Numbered from the stretch's first letter, positions 30,190-41,217 are shown. The stretch is DNA of 64,000 nt from an uncultured Chloroflexia bacterium (GCA_963810095.1 CAWEMM010000012.1:32001-96000), one strand, 5' to 3'. The notes: generated by a model from the letters alone, not told the origin. Made by a program: numbers and translations.

Positions 30190-33100
30190 ATGGCGAACAA
30201 GCTCGGTTTCTACCTTCACAACTTCGAAATCGGCGAGCACAAACCCGACCTCTTCCGAGCGATCCAGGAGGTTCAGCCTCCGACCATCCTCGTGCATGCC
30301 TGGGACCAAATCGACACGCTCCGCCGGCTCGCGCCCCAGAGCTTCATTATCGGCCGCATGACCTACTTCGGCCACGAGAAAACGCCGCTCGAAAAGCTGG
30401 TAAACGGCTGGCTGGACGACGCGCACCCAGAGGACCGCGGCCGCGAATTCGCGGAGCACATCCTGCACGACAACTTCGACGCCGCAAGTAGGCGCGAGGG
30501 CGGCCGGCTGTGCATCGACGCGTGGATGAGCCTCAACGAGGCCGTACCCGGCCCGAGTTCCTCGTCGTTCGCCGAGGACCGCAAGGGTGTGGAGCGCCGG
30601 CTGCACGCCTACGATGCGTTCCAGGTTGGCTTTCGCAACAAGCTGATCGAGCAGGGCATCGAGGCGGTGGCGTTCAACTTCGGTGCGGGCAATTTTACCA
30701 CGCCCAAACAGTACCTCGACTACTTCCCGAACACGCTGGGGACGTTCACCTATCTTGGCTTCCACGAATACGGCTGGCCTGCGCTGTCGACCTCGGTCGA
30801 TCCGGCGGCGCGGACCAGCGCCGGCACCTACCGGGCGGTCGTCGCCGGCCTGCAGTCCGCGCTTCGCCGTAGCTATCAGGCGATCCTGACGGAGGCCGGG
30901 CTGACCTTCATGTACAAGTTTCCGGCGAGCGGCTTTGACGAGGGCTGGCTGTTCACACCCCCCGCCGAGTATCACAGCTTGCCGCTGACGCAGGATCAAT
31001 ACTGGCAGTCGCTGGAATGGCTGAACAGCACGCTCGAGCAGGACGAGTTTGCCAAGGGCGCGTGCCTTTTCGAGGTGGGCCACGAGGGACGCTGGGCGAA
31101 CTTCCGCCACTTCGGGATGGACAACAGCGGCCAGCCGGTCACGATCGTGGATCGCATCAGGGGCCTGGCGCAGGCCAGCCCAAAGGATTCGGGGCTGGAG
31201 CTGCCCGCAGTCGCGCGCCGCCAGGACTTCACCGGCAGCGTGGTCGACCAGGACGGCTCGCCCATTCCGGGCGCGCAGCTGCGACTGGTGTCGAACCTGG
31301 CGACCCTGGGACGCGACCCGCGGGCCGTCAGTAACAGTCGCGGCATGGTCACGTGGACGCGCAGCCTGACCGGGTACGGCGGCAGCCTCTGGAACTGCTG
31401 GCAGAAGCATGTCGCGCACCGCGTGGCCGCAATTACCTGGGAGGAATTCCGCCGGGAGGCCGCGCAGTATAATCCTGGCCTGCGCGACACGGACGACTTG
31501 ATGCGGTCCGACGCACGCTACTTCCTTCCCGAGAACCGGGTGGATGGTGACGCCGGGGCGACGGCGCCCGACATCGTGTGGGACAGGCTGGACGGCACTT
31601 TTGACGGCGACCTATGGGCGTGCTGGCGCGAAAACCTGCAGGGCAAAGTCGTCGGACTGACGTGGGAACTATTCCGGAGCCAGGTCGCCGAGTACAACCC
31701 CGGTATCGTCTACGGCAGCAAAGCCGACGGCCGGACGCAGACGATCGTTTTGCCGCGCAACGGCAACCAGGACGAGTACGCTCGGGTGGCCTACTCGGAC
31801 GGCGAAGGGCGCTTCCGGTTCGACGCGCTGCCCGCGGGCGACTACACGCTCGAGGTCGCGGCCGAGGGCTTCCTGCCCGACACCCGCCCGCTGACCGCGC
31901 CGGTGGACGGCAAGGTGGTCATCGGCCTGCAGGCGCCCATCGTGGTGCTCAGCAGGGGCGACGACTTCGTGCGCACGGCGGGCCGCGACTTCGTCATTGG
32001 CGGCCGCCGTTTCCGCTTCATCGGTGTGAACCTGCGCGGGCTGGTGCATTACAACCAGTCGCCCGGCCGGCCCTACGCCGATGCCCGGCAGCAACTGCGG
32101 GCCGCGCCGCGACATGGGTGCGCGCGTCGTGCGCGTCTTTGCCCCGCACGCCGAAGTCTCGCCCGCGGACACGGTCAACCGCATGCGGAATCTGCTCAAC
32201 CTGATGCAAGCCGAGTTTCCGGACATGTACCTGATCGTCAGCCTGTGCAACCTGTACAGCGACGTCGACTTCCGGGTGCCGGGCGACGACGCGGCGTACA
32301 GCCTGGACCCCGGGGGACCGAGAATCCTGGGGCTCGATTGGTTCCGCCAGGGCTACAAGGGCCCCTACACCACCTTCGCGCGCACGCTCGTCACTGCCTT
32401 CCGAGACAACCCGCGCATCATGGCCTACAACGTGGGCAACGAGCTCAAGGCGCAGGAGGCGCCCGATCTGCTGGTGGGCTTCATGCACACGATGGCCGCA
32501 CAGATCAGAAGTTGGGACGGTGGCAACCACCTGATCACGACCGGCATGATCAGCACCCGGCACGCGTTCATGGCGGGCAACGACGCGCTGCGCATGAAGC
32601 TGTACAGTTCGCCCAACCTGGACTTCATCACGAATCACTCCTACCACGGCGATAACAACGACACGCCGAGCATCGAGGACGACAGCGACCTGTCGATCCG
32701 GCTGGGCAAGCCGCTGCTGATCGAAGAAGCAGGCTTTGTGGGCAACGGCGACCGGTCCGGCTGGTTCGGTGCAGATCTGCGGCGGCTGGTGGACGAGAAG
32801 CGGGCGGGCGGCTTTATGCCGTGGGGCTTTATGGTGGGCGGCGACAACAACGACGGCGATAACGCGCTGGGTATCGACCACGTCTGGCACGGCGCCGACT
32901 GGGGCACGCTCAACAACCTCTTCCGCGACAAGGCTAACAACCTGGCAAACGATAACGCGGTCATCGACGTGCCGAAGCCGGTCGCAAAGTTTGCGGTCGG
33001 GCAGACGGTCTGGACGCAGACCACGGTGAACATGCGCAAGGCTCCCGGGCTTGCTGCCGGGTTGGTGCAGCAGCTGACGGCCCGCACCCAGGTCGTCATT

Positions 33101-33217
33101 ACCGGCGACGGCCAGACGCGCGACGGGCTGCTCTGGTGGCCGGTGCGAGCGGCCGACGTCACCGGCTTCGTTGCACAAACCAACAAGTCCAACGTCATCC
33201 TGCTTGCGGCTGCCTGA
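30190..33217 (+). CDS. Large multidomain glycoside hydrolase-like protein: TIM barrel, carboxypeptidase-regulatory-like domain with two LysM-like inserts, GH5-like domain, SH3 (frameshift near 32100)
   Basis: GGAGGA RBS; LNE..FHEYG..LTEAG; GSVVDQDGSPIPGA...SDGEGRFRF..LPAGDYTL; duplicated LW.CW...TWE.F...YNPG...LP; FIGVN, VGNE, HSYH, LIEEAG; VNMRKAPG..WWPV..GFV. Confidence 0.7.
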
Positions 33218-33545
33218 GGGCCGACCGCGGCAGTGGCGCTGGTGCCCTGCTCGTACTGTTTTGCCGGGGACCGCTGGTCCCCGGCGCCCCCGCCAGGGGG
33301 AACCCGCTGCGGCGGCAGCCCCCTTGACCCCCGAAGATGCTCGGGGGAAGCGGCTACCGTGCGGCAATGCCTGTGTCTGCACGACTCGGCGGTGCCAACA
33401 GCCGGTGGTCTCCCCAAAAGTAGCATCCTGGGGCGCGCGACTTGATTAGTCCACAGGCGTAGTGGAGGCATGGTCGATATTTGCCGTCAAACGGGCCAGC
33501 AGCGTAGTCATTGGGGGTTTCGGGGGCAAAGCCCCCGAAGCGGGG

Positions 33546-33633
33546 GCGGCGGGGGCCAGCCGGCCCTCGCCAAAGCGAAGAGCAAGCGGGCGGCGGGAGC
33601 CAGCCGGCCCTCGCAAAAGCAAGAGGCAAGCGG
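33546..33633. repeat. Two 44-bp tandem units plus flanking G/C-run hairpins (REP-like cluster)
   Basis: GCGGCGGG(G/A)GCCAGCCGGCCCTCGC.AAAGC..GA..CAAGCGG twice; preceded by TTCGGGGGCAAAGCCCCCGAA. Confidence 0.6.
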
Positions 33634-33739
33634 GCGGGGGGCCGACCGTCGCCCAGACGAAGCTGGAGGACTGGCAGCACCCGCAACTTGTGCTAGAATC
33701 TGCTAACGACCGCAACGCACCGAGGGAGAGACGAGAGCT

Positions 33740-35428
33740 ATGCTGCCTGAACCGTTCAAACCGCTTGATCCGCTCTGGTACAAGGACGCCGTCTTCTATG
33801 AGGTGTTCGTACGCGCATTCTCCGATAGCAATGCCGACGGCATCGGCGATCTGGCCGGACTGACCGGCAAACTGGAATACCTGCAATGGCTGGGCATCGA
33901 CGCCCTCTGGATGCTGCCCATCTTTCCTTCGCCGCTGCGCGATGACGGCTACGATGTGGCCGATTTCTTCGACATTCACCCTGACTACGGCACGATGGAC
34001 GACCTCAAGGTGCTGATCGCAGAGGCGCACCGCCGCAACATCAAGGTCGTGGTCGAGCTGATCCCCAACCACACCTCGGATCAGAATGCCTGGTTCCAGG
34101 CTTCACGCGACCCGGCGCACCCCGAGCACGCGAAGTACCGCGACTGGTACGTCTGGAGCGACACCGACCAGAAGTACAAGGACACTCGCATCATCTTCAT
34201 CGATTACGAGCCGTCAAACTGGTCCTTCGCACCGCTGCGCCGCCAGTACTATTGGCACCGTTTCTTCAATCACCAGCCCGATCTCAATTATGACAACCCC
34301 GAAGTGCAGCGTGCCATGCTGAAGGTGGTGCAGTTCTGGCTGGACCTGGGTGTGGACGCGTTCCGGGCCGATGCCACGCCGTACCTTTTCGAGCGCGAGG
34401 GCACCAGCTGCGAGAACCTGCCAGAGACGCATGGCTATCTGAAACGCCTGCGCTCGTTCGTCGACGGCTACGCACCGGGCACGATGCTCCTGTCCGAGGC
34501 GAATCAGTGGCCCGAGGACGTGCGCCCCTATTTTGGCGGCAACCCCGACGACCCGTCCATACGGGGCGATGAGTTCCACATGAACTTCCACTTTCCGGTC
34601 ATGCCGCGGGTCTTCCTGGCGCTCGAGCGGCAGGACCGGACACCCATCCACGAGATCCTGGCCCGCACCCCCGCGCTGCCGCCGGGCTGCCAGTGGGCGA
34701 CGTTCCTGCGCTGCCACGACGAGTTGACGCTCGAGATGGTGACACCGGACGAGCGCGAGGAGATGTGGAAGGTCTACGCGCCCGAGCCGCGCATGCGATC
34801 AAACCTCGGCATCCGGCGGCGGCTGGCGCCGCTGCTTGGCAACGACCGAGCGCGCATCGAGCTGGCCAACTCGATCCTCTTCAGCCTGCCCGGCTCGCCG
34901 GTCATCTACTACGGCGACGAAATCGGCATGGGCGATAACATCTTCCTGGAGGACCGGCGCGGACTGCGCACGCCGATGCAGTGGCAAGATGCCCGCAGCG
35001 CCGGGTTTTCCGAGGCCGATCCGTCTGAATTATACTCCCCGCTCATAGCTGACGAGACGTACGGCTACCATCGCGTCAATGTATCGGCCCAGCGGGCCGA
35101 TCCTGACTCGCTTCTGAACCGCATGCGGACGATGCTGGCCGTGCGTAAAGCACACCCGGCGTTCGGCCGCGGCGACTTCACGATGCTGTTTCCCGAAAAC
35201 ACGCACATCCTGGCCTGCTTGCGCAGTTACCTGGGCATTACGCTGCTGTCAGTAAACAACCTCTCGACAGAGCCGCAAGAGTGTGAGATCGACCTGTCGC
35301 AGTTCGCAGGCGCGACGCCGATCGACCTGTTTACCACCGAGCGACTGCCCGCCGTGAACGAGGCGACCTGGACGCTTTCGCTGCCGGGAAGCGCCTACCG
35401 CTGGCTGCGCCTGGCCTCAGAGGCGTGA
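33740..35428 (+). CDS. treS: Trehalose synthase / maltose alpha-D-glucosyltransferase
   Basis: [59 protein letters not shown]. Confidence 0.92.
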   Translation: MLPEPFKPLDPLWYKDAVFYEVFVRAFSDSNADGIGDLAGLTGKLEYLQWLGIDALWMLPIFPSPLRDDGYDVADFFDIHPDYGTMDDLKVLIAEAHRRNIKVVVELIPNHTSDQNAWFQASRDPAHPEHAKYRDWYVWSDTDQKYKDTRIIFIDYEPSNWSFAPLRRQYYWHRFFNHQPDLNYDNPEVQRAMLKVVQFWLDLGVDAFRADATPYLFEREGTSCENLPETHGYLKRLRSFVDGYAPGTMLLSEANQWPEDVRPYFGGNPDDPSIRGDEFHMNFHFPVMPRVFLALERQDRTPIHEILARTPALPPGCQWATFLRCHDELTLEMVTPDEREEMWKVYAPEPRMRSNLGIRRRLAPLLGNDRARIELANSILFSLPGSPVIYYGDEIGMGDNIFLEDRRGLRTPMQWQDARSAGFSEADPSELYSPLIADETYGYHRVNVSAQRADPDSLLNRMRTMLAVRKAHPAFGRGDFTMLFPENTHILACLRSYLGITLLSVNNLSTEPQECEIDLSQFAGATPIDLFTTERLPAVNEATWTLSLPGSAYRWLRLASEA

Positions 35429-35441
35429 TGCCGCGTGCGGG

Positions 35442-35484
35442 TTAACGGTCCGCGCACGTTCAGTTTACGGTGACCTGTCATACT
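35442..35484 (+). promoter_or_regulatory. SARP-like 11-bp-periodic direct repeats plus -10 CATACT
   Basis: TTAACG (35442), CGCACG (35453), TTTACG (35464), 9-nt gap, CATACT (35479). Confidence 0.6.
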
Positions 35485-35537
35485 CCCGATGGTAGTCCGG
35501 ACAAGCTCGTAGCACGAGCAGGGCGACAGGAGGGCGT

Positions 35538-35807
35538 ATGAGCAAGCGGATAGCGAGTCTGGCGATTGCGGTTATGGCCGTGTTGGCGTTGTCACTCCCG
35601 GCCAACGCCAGGGGGATCGTCGACCCCATGCCCCCGCGCAGGCCGGTCACCTCGGCTCAGAAGGCCGGGCTGAGTGCGAGGCAATGGATGAAGCTTGGCC
35701 CGATGAGCCACGCCGAAGTCGAGAAGATGCGTAGGAAGGCGCAGCGACCGGAGGCAAACCACAGGCCGCTGCCGCCGCAGTGGGCGACGTCACAGGCGTA
35801 TATCTAG
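35538..35807 (+). CDS. Small secreted protein 1 (89 aa)
   Basis: AGGAGG RBS; Sec signal ending ANA; core WMKLGPMSHAE shared with its neighbour. Confidence 0.7.
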   Translation: MSKRIASLAIAVMAVLALSLPANARGIVDPMPPRRPVTSAQKAGLSARQWMKLGPMSHAEVEKMRRKAQRPEANHRPLPPQWATSQAYI

Positions 35808-35951
35808 ATTGGGGGGTTGACCGCGCGGAGGGTGTCCGGATCCTCGCGCGGTCGCCCCCACCCCAACCCATTCTACGGTTTAGGCGTGAGGGATTGCTTG
35901 CAGGGGTGGCAGTCCCTCACGTCTTTTCGCGCTCTGGGCCGGTCGCATCGT

Positions 35952-36016
35952 TTCACAAGAACATAACTTGCAGTGAACGTTCAGTTCACGATCTATGAGC
36001 GTTGCCGTGCCATACT
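35952..36016 (+). promoter_or_regulatory. SARP-like 11-bp-periodic direct repeats plus -10 CATACT
   Basis: TTCACA (35952), ATAACT (35963), TGAACG (35974), TTCACG (35985), TGAGCG (35996), 9-nt gap, CATACT (36011). Confidence 0.65.
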
Positions 36017-36084
36017 CGTCTTCAGGTTGCCGAAGGCTCCAGCGGGTTTGCCCGGTGCGGCCACTGTAGAAGTGGGAGGTAGAT

Positions 36085-36369
36085 ATGAAGACTCAAGTCG
36101 CAGTCGTGGTCATCGCAGCGTTGGTCCTGCTAGCGTTCGCGGTCCCGGCATCCGCATCGGTGCGAGACTACGTCGCGCCCCAGCCTGCCCGGCACCAATA
36201 CGGCTGGGCTAAGCTGGCCCCAGTCGACCAGGCCGAGCTGCAGGCAAGCAGGCTGGCCCCTGCCGGTTCCGCGCGTCTAATGGTTCCGGCAGAGCCCCGT
36301 CCGCGTGCGCCGAAAGCAAGCCGGGGCGAATTGCGGTCTGTAAGCGGGCGCGGGCCGCTCGCGCTGTAA
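36085..36369 (+). CDS. Small secreted protein 2 (94 aa)
   Basis: GGGAGG RBS; Sec signal ending ASA; core WAKLAPVDQAE. Confidence 0.7.
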   Translation: MKTQVAVVVIAALVLLAFAVPASASVRDYVAPQPARHQYGWAKLAPVDQAELQASRLAPAGSARLMVPAEPRPRAPKASRGELRSVSGRGPLAL

Positions 36370-36484
36370 GCGGGCGCGCCGCTCGCGGCTTCGCCGTGCG
36401 GCCTGCCGCTCCAGCCGAAAGCGCGGGCCAAGGCGGGGGTCGCACTGTAAGCCTGGTGCGGCCCCCTGGGCGCACGGACGAGAC

Positions 36485-39400
36485 TCAGCCGGCCGCCATG
36501 CCCAACTCGTAGAGCCGCTCTACCATCATTGCGCTGCCCGTCGCCCACTCGGCCTCAAACTGGCCGTAATCCAGCGCCTTCATCGTCTGCTCGACCGCCG
36601 CGAGATGCTCCGGCAAGTCGGGCAGCCACATCGAGGCGCCCATCGCGGCCAGCAGCGTCATGGCGCCGCCAAAAAGGCGTGCGGCCCGCGGCCACTGCTG
36701 CCTGGCAACCGCCACCTCGGCCAACGCTTCGACCTGCTCAGCGAGCCAGCGCCTGTCGCCCAGGTCCCGGCTCAACACCAGCCCTTCGCGAAAGTGACCG
36801 AGCGCTGCGATGGGATCGCCCCGGCGCAGCGCCATCCGGCCGAGTGCGGTCAGTGACATCATCATCAGCCGGCGGTTGCCCTGGACGCGGCAGAGTGCAA
36901 TGCTCTCCTCCAGGAATACCGCCGCCCGCTCGAAGTCGCCCTGCAGCCGCGCCACGTCGCCGAGATTGTGCAGGACGAGCGCAAGCTGGTAGCTATCGCC
37001 CAGTCGTCGCCACAGTGGCAGCGACCGCTCGCCGTATCGTCGGGAGGCATCGTAGTCCTCGCGAATCCCGGCCAGGAAGTTCAGGCCGATCATCACAGAA
37101 GCAATGCCCCGGGTGTCGCCCAGTTCCTCGTAGATCGTCAGCGCCTCGCCAAACTGGCTGGCGGCCAGCCCGAGCTTGTCCTCATAGCAGGCAACCGTGG
37201 CAAGGTTGTTGAGAGCCAGCGCGCTCCCGGCGCGGTCTCCTGCCTCCTCCCATCGCTTAAGGCTCGCCGCGTGCCGCGCATTTGCCTCCACGTAATCCCC
37301 GCGCAGCCAGGCGACCGTGCCGGCCGCGCTGTGCACCCGGGCTTGGAGTGCCGCGGGGGCGACCGCCAACTGGGACAGCGCCCGCGTCAGCCACGTGTGC
37401 GCCTCGTCCAACCGGTCCGCGCGGACCCAGTACTCACCCAGGGCCGCCGCGAGCCGCAGGGCGTCATCAACACACACGTCCGAGCAAGTGAGGCCCCAAA
37501 TCAGCGCCTCCCGGATGTTATCATAGTCGCGCTCGATCTGCTGGGCGGCCGGCACCTGCTCGGGCCCCCTCAGGCGGTCTTCCAATGCCTCGGCCGCGTC
37601 ACGGTAAAAGGCGAGGTGCCTGCAGCGCACCCGCTTCGCCTCGCCTGCCGTGTCGAGCCACTCGACCACGTACTGACGCACCACCTCCAACAGGCGGTAA
37701 CGCGCCGGTTCGGCCGCGCTCCGACCAGTGGTCACCACGAATGATTTGTCGACCAACAGCCCGAGTAGGGGCAGAACGTCGAGGGCCGGCGCCTCGTCGA
37801 AGGCACAGACACGCTCGGCTGCCTCGAGGGTGAACTGGCCTCGGAACACGGCGAGCCGGCGCAGCAGGATGCGCTCGTTCTCGCTCAACAGGCTGCAGCT
37901 CCACGCCATCGCGGCCAGCAGGCTGCCGTGCCTCGAGTCGGGGGCCGCTGCAGAAAACAGCCGGAAGATGTCGTCCAGCCGGTCGGCGATCTGCTGCGGT
38001 GTCAATAGCTTGACCCACGCCGCAGCCAGCTCGAGCGCCAATGGCAGTCCGTCAAGCTGGCGGCAGATCCGCACGACCGCGGCCACATTCGCTTCCGTCA
38101 GCTCGAACTCCCGGTCGACCGCCCGCGCCCGGTCGACAAAGACCTGCACGGCCGGGAAGCGGGCCGCGTCCTCGGGTGTCACCGCAAGGGCGGCCAGGAT
38201 CTCTGGGGCGGAGAGCGGGCTGAGGAGCCAGCGCGTCTCGCCCGTGGCGCCCAAGGGGGTCTGACTTGTCGCGAGCACGCGCACGCCGGGCGCGGCTCGT
38301 CGAATGGCGACGGCCAGCTTGCCCGCGGCCTCGGGCAGCACCTCGCAGCCGTCCAGGATGACCAGTTGCCGCCTGTTCTCTAGCACGGCCAGCACCGTGT
38401 CAAGCGGCAAGGCCCCGGGCTGTTCCGGAACATCGAGCGCCCGGGCGAGTGCGCCGGGGAGCAGGCCCTCTTCGGGCACAGCAGCGACGTCCAGAAGGAC
38501 GGCGCCGTCGGGGAAAAGCGCTCCGGCAGCCGAAGCGACCTCGAGCGCCAGCCGGGTCTTCCCGCAGCCCCCCGGCCCGCACAGCGTGATCACCGCAGCG
38601 CTGCCCCGCGTCTCAACTTCGCTTGCCAGGAGCCTGAGGAGCGCGGCAACGTCTGCCTCCCGGCCTAAAAAGCTCGTCAACGGCTTGGCGGGCATTGGCC
38701 GGGGTAGTTCCCGGAGCTTAGGGATCGCCAACGCCGTGTTGTCCACAGCAGCGGGCGGCGCGCGGGAGACCACCGCCTCCCAGTCGCCCATTCGAGATCG
38801 CCCGAGCAGCTTACCATCCCGGATCTGGTGATAGAGCTGCAGCGTCTCGGCCTCAGGCTCGACCGCGAGCTCCTCGGCCAGCACCCTGCGACAGCGCTCA
38901 TACTGCGCCAGCGCGCCGCTGCGGTCGCCCGCGAGCGCGAGCGCCAGCATGGCTTTGCGGTGGCACTCTTCCCGGGTGGGATCGATGGAGAGAAGCTGGG
39001 CGGCCCGGCGGGCAGCCGTACGGTAGTCTGCCAGGCCAAACGCGTGGTCTGCCAGCGAGCACAGCGCCTCCGCAGCCAGCCGGCGGAGCGCTTCGCGCTC
39101 CAGCGATGCCCACTCCTCGAAGGCCGCGCTGTCCTTCAGGTAGAAGCCGTGCAGAAAGTCGCCTCGGTACGCGGCGAGAACCCGGTCCAGCGCGCTTTGC
39201 TCGTCCTCTCGCAGTGTCCGGCCGTGCTCGCGCGCGGCAAGGGCCGTATCCGCGGCGCACTTCAGCTCCAGGGCATCGAGGTAGGTGGGGCGGGCAGCGT
39301 TCCAGGCCAGCGCCTGGCGCGTGATCTCGAGGTAGTCGCCGATTTGCGCCTTGAGGCTGGCGAGCGCGACACGGAGATTGCCCAACGCCTGGTCCTGGCT

Positions 39401-39562
39401 CTGCTCCTCCCACAAGAACTCGGCGAGGACTTCACGCGAGTGGCTGGTCTGGGTGTAGGCAAGATACAGGAGCAGAGCGGTGGCCTTCCGCGAGGCCAGG
39501 CCAGCGAGTGGCGCGCCGTCCAGCGTGACAGACAGACCCCCGAGCGACCTGATCTCCAGCAT
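36485..39562 (-). CDS. AfsR/SARP family regulator (wHTH-BTAD-STAND ATPase-TPR)
   Basis: SREVLAEFLW, YRGDFLHGF..FEEW, REECHR (BTAD); GPGGCGKTRLA (Walker A), LDGCE, LDGLPLALELAA; C-terminal TPRs. Confidence 0.92.
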   Translation of the reverse strand: MLEIRSLGGLSVTLDGAPLAGLASRKATALLLYLAYTQTSHSREVLAEFLWEEQSQDQALGNLRVALASLKAQIGDYLEITRQALAWNAARPTYLDALELKCAADTALAAREHGRTLREDEQSALDRVLAAYRGDFLHGFYLKDSAAFEEWASLEREALRRLAAEALCSLADHAFGLADYRTAARRAAQLLSIDPTREECHRKAMLALALAGDRSGALAQYERCRRVLAEELAVEPEAETLQLYHQIRDGKLLGRSRMGDWEAVVSRAPPAAVDNTALAIPKLRELPRPMPAKPLTSFLGREADVAALLRLLASEVETRGSAAVITLCGPGGCGKTRLALEVASAAGALFPDGAVLLDVAAVPEEGLLPGALARALDVPEQPGALPLDTVLAVLENRRQLVILDGCEVLPEAAGKLAVAIRRAAPGVRVLATSQTPLGATGETRWLLSPLSAPEILAALAVTPEDAARFPAVQVFVDRARAVDREFELTEANVAAVVRICRQLDGLPLALELAAAWVKLLTPQQIADRLDDIFRLFSAAAPDSRHGSLLAAMAWSCSLLSENERILLRRLAVFRGQFTLEAAERVCAFDEAPALDVLPLLGLLVDKSFVVTTGRSAAEPARYRLLEVVRQYVVEWLDTAGEAKRVRCRHLAFYRDAAEALEDRLRGPEQVPAAQQIERDYDNIREALIWGLTCSDVCVDDALRLAAALGEYWVRADRLDEAHTWLTRALSQLAVAPAALQARVHSAAGTVAWLRGDYVEANARHAASLKRWEEAGDRAGSALALNNLATVACYEDKLGLAASQFGEALTIYEELGDTRGIASVMIGLNFLAGIREDYDASRRYGERSLPLWRRLGDSYQLALVLHNLGDVARLQGDFERAAVFLEESIALCRVQGNRRLMMMSLTALGRMALRRGDPIAALGHFREGLVLSRDLGDRRWLAEQVEALAEVAVARQQWPRAARLFGGAMTLLAAMGASMWLPDLPEHLAAVEQTMKALDYGQFEAEWATGSAMMVERLYELGMAAG

Positions 39563-39946
39563 GCGTCACTGGCGCGAAGAGCAGTCCCTTCCTGGAACGC
39601 GATGCTGCCGGCATAGGGCAGTGGGACCTTGTCGCAACCGCTCGTCTTCCCGCGCACCCGCATCTTACACCCGAACAGCCAAAGTGGCTACGTAAGATCG
39701 CACACGATAGCGCCGCATTGTTTGGCACTCGTAGCGAGCTTGTCAACGGCTTGTGTGTCTCCTTGGGTGGCTGGACGGGCCGTTGCCATACAAAGGGGTA
39801 AAGTCACCGCGGGGCGCAATGGAGTCTTGCCTACACTACCAAGTTGTGGCATGATGCACCGTGTCCGAGTTTGTGAGCCTACCTCGCTCCACGCCCGCCG
39901 ACAGTCGCGATCGTCGCGCCCTCATCCATCGTTCCCTGGAGGCATC

Positions 39947-41167
39947 ATGGGACTAGACAAACGCCAGCTGTATCGCTTTCCCTGGTCGCTGAACGACAAT
40001 CCGATCGCCTGGTTGGAAGTCACCGACATTTGTAACATCTACTGTGAAGGTTGCTATCGCCAGCACATGACCGGGCACAAGACGCTCGAACAGGTCAAGG
40101 AAGAGGTCCTGATGTTCAAGCGTTGGCGCAATCCGGACAACGTCTCGATTGCGGGCGGCGAGCCTCTCATCTACCCCCACATCGTCGACCTGGTCGCGTT
40201 CATCCACGAACAGGGCATCAAGCCCGTCGTACTGACGAACGGCGTCGCGCTTACGCCGGAGATCCTCAAGGAACTCAAGAAGGCGGGGCTCGCGGGCTTC
40301 ACGCTCCACGTGGACAGCCACCAGAACCGGCCCAAGTGGAAAGGCAAGAGCGAGGCCGAGCTCAACGAGCTGCGCCAGACCTTTGCGGACATGATTCACA
40401 AGGTCAAGGGGTTGTATGTCATCTTCAACTCGACCGTCTATCCGTCTACGTACAAAGAAATCCCGGACGTGCTGAAGTGGGGCCAGAAGAACATCGACCG
40501 GGTGCACGGCCTGGTGTTCATCACCTACCGGACCGCCAAGCTGGACGAACAGAAGGCGACCGACCTCGCCGACCACGAAGTGGACCTGAGCAAGCTGAGC
40601 TATGTCAAGGACCACTTCGATGAGGAATTCGTCACGTCGCCCGAGGTTTACCAACTGCTGCAAGAGGTATGCCCCGAATACGACGCGGCGGGTTACCTGG
40701 GCGGGACGGCCCGGCACGACAGCTACAAGTGGCTGGCCGGCGCCATGATCGGCGCGAAGGGCAAGATGTACGGTGCAGTGGGGAAGGAAACGATGGAGGT
40801 GGCCCAGGCCGGCCATCACCTTCTGAACGGCACCTACCTGGCGTATCTCTCAGAGGCGAAGGTGGGCGGCCTCGCCTTCCTCATGGCGCCGTGGGACGGC
40901 AAGGTGCGCAAGGCGTTGGTGAACCGGGTCGGCGACCTGGTCCGGCATCCCGATCGCCTGCTGCGCCCGCTCTACATCCAGTCGGTGGGCATCATCCAGG
41001 CGCCCGACATCCAGCCGAACGGCCAGGCTGACATGTGCGACTCGTGCCCCGACATCACCATTTACGACGGCAAGTTCATCAACTCCTGCCGCATGGACGA
41101 GTACCGGCTCTTCGGCGGCTTCGTCTCGGTGCAGGAAAAAGAGAAACTCGAGACGATTCAGAACTAA
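39947..41167 (+). CDS. Radical SAM protein of unknown function
   Basis: CNIYCEGC, AGGEP, LTNG; C-terminal MCDSCPD...SCR Cys cluster; GGAGG RBS. Confidence 0.85.
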   Translation: MGLDKRQLYRFPWSLNDNPIAWLEVTDICNIYCEGCYRQHMTGHKTLEQVKEEVLMFKRWRNPDNVSIAGGEPLIYPHIVDLVAFIHEQGIKPVVLTNGVALTPEILKELKKAGLAGFTLHVDSHQNRPKWKGKSEAELNELRQTFADMIHKVKGLYVIFNSTVYPSTYKEIPDVLKWGQKNIDRVHGLVFITYRTAKLDEQKATDLADHEVDLSKLSYVKDHFDEEFVTSPEVYQLLQEVCPEYDAAGYLGGTARHDSYKWLAGAMIGAKGKMYGAVGKETMEVAQAGHHLLNGTYLAYLSEAKVGGLAFLMAPWDGKVRKALVNRVGDLVRHPDRLLRPLYIQSVGIIQAPDIQPNGQADMCDSCPDITIYDGKFINSCRMDEYRLFGGFVSVQEKEKLETIQN

Positions 41168-41184
41168 TAGGATGCCCGTGTTTC

Positions 41185-41217
41185 AGAAACCGGGTTTCTT
41201 CCAGAAACCCGGTTTCT
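41185..41217. repeat. AGAAACC(G/C)GGTTTCT REP-like palindrome pair between convergent genes
   Basis: AGAAACCGGGTTTCT-tcc-AGAAACCCGGTTTCT; related copies at 27931-27960 and 43490-43540. Confidence 0.75.

Noticed and set aside
33546-33633. CRISPR array
   Set aside because: Only two adjacent units with no unique spacers and no cas genes.
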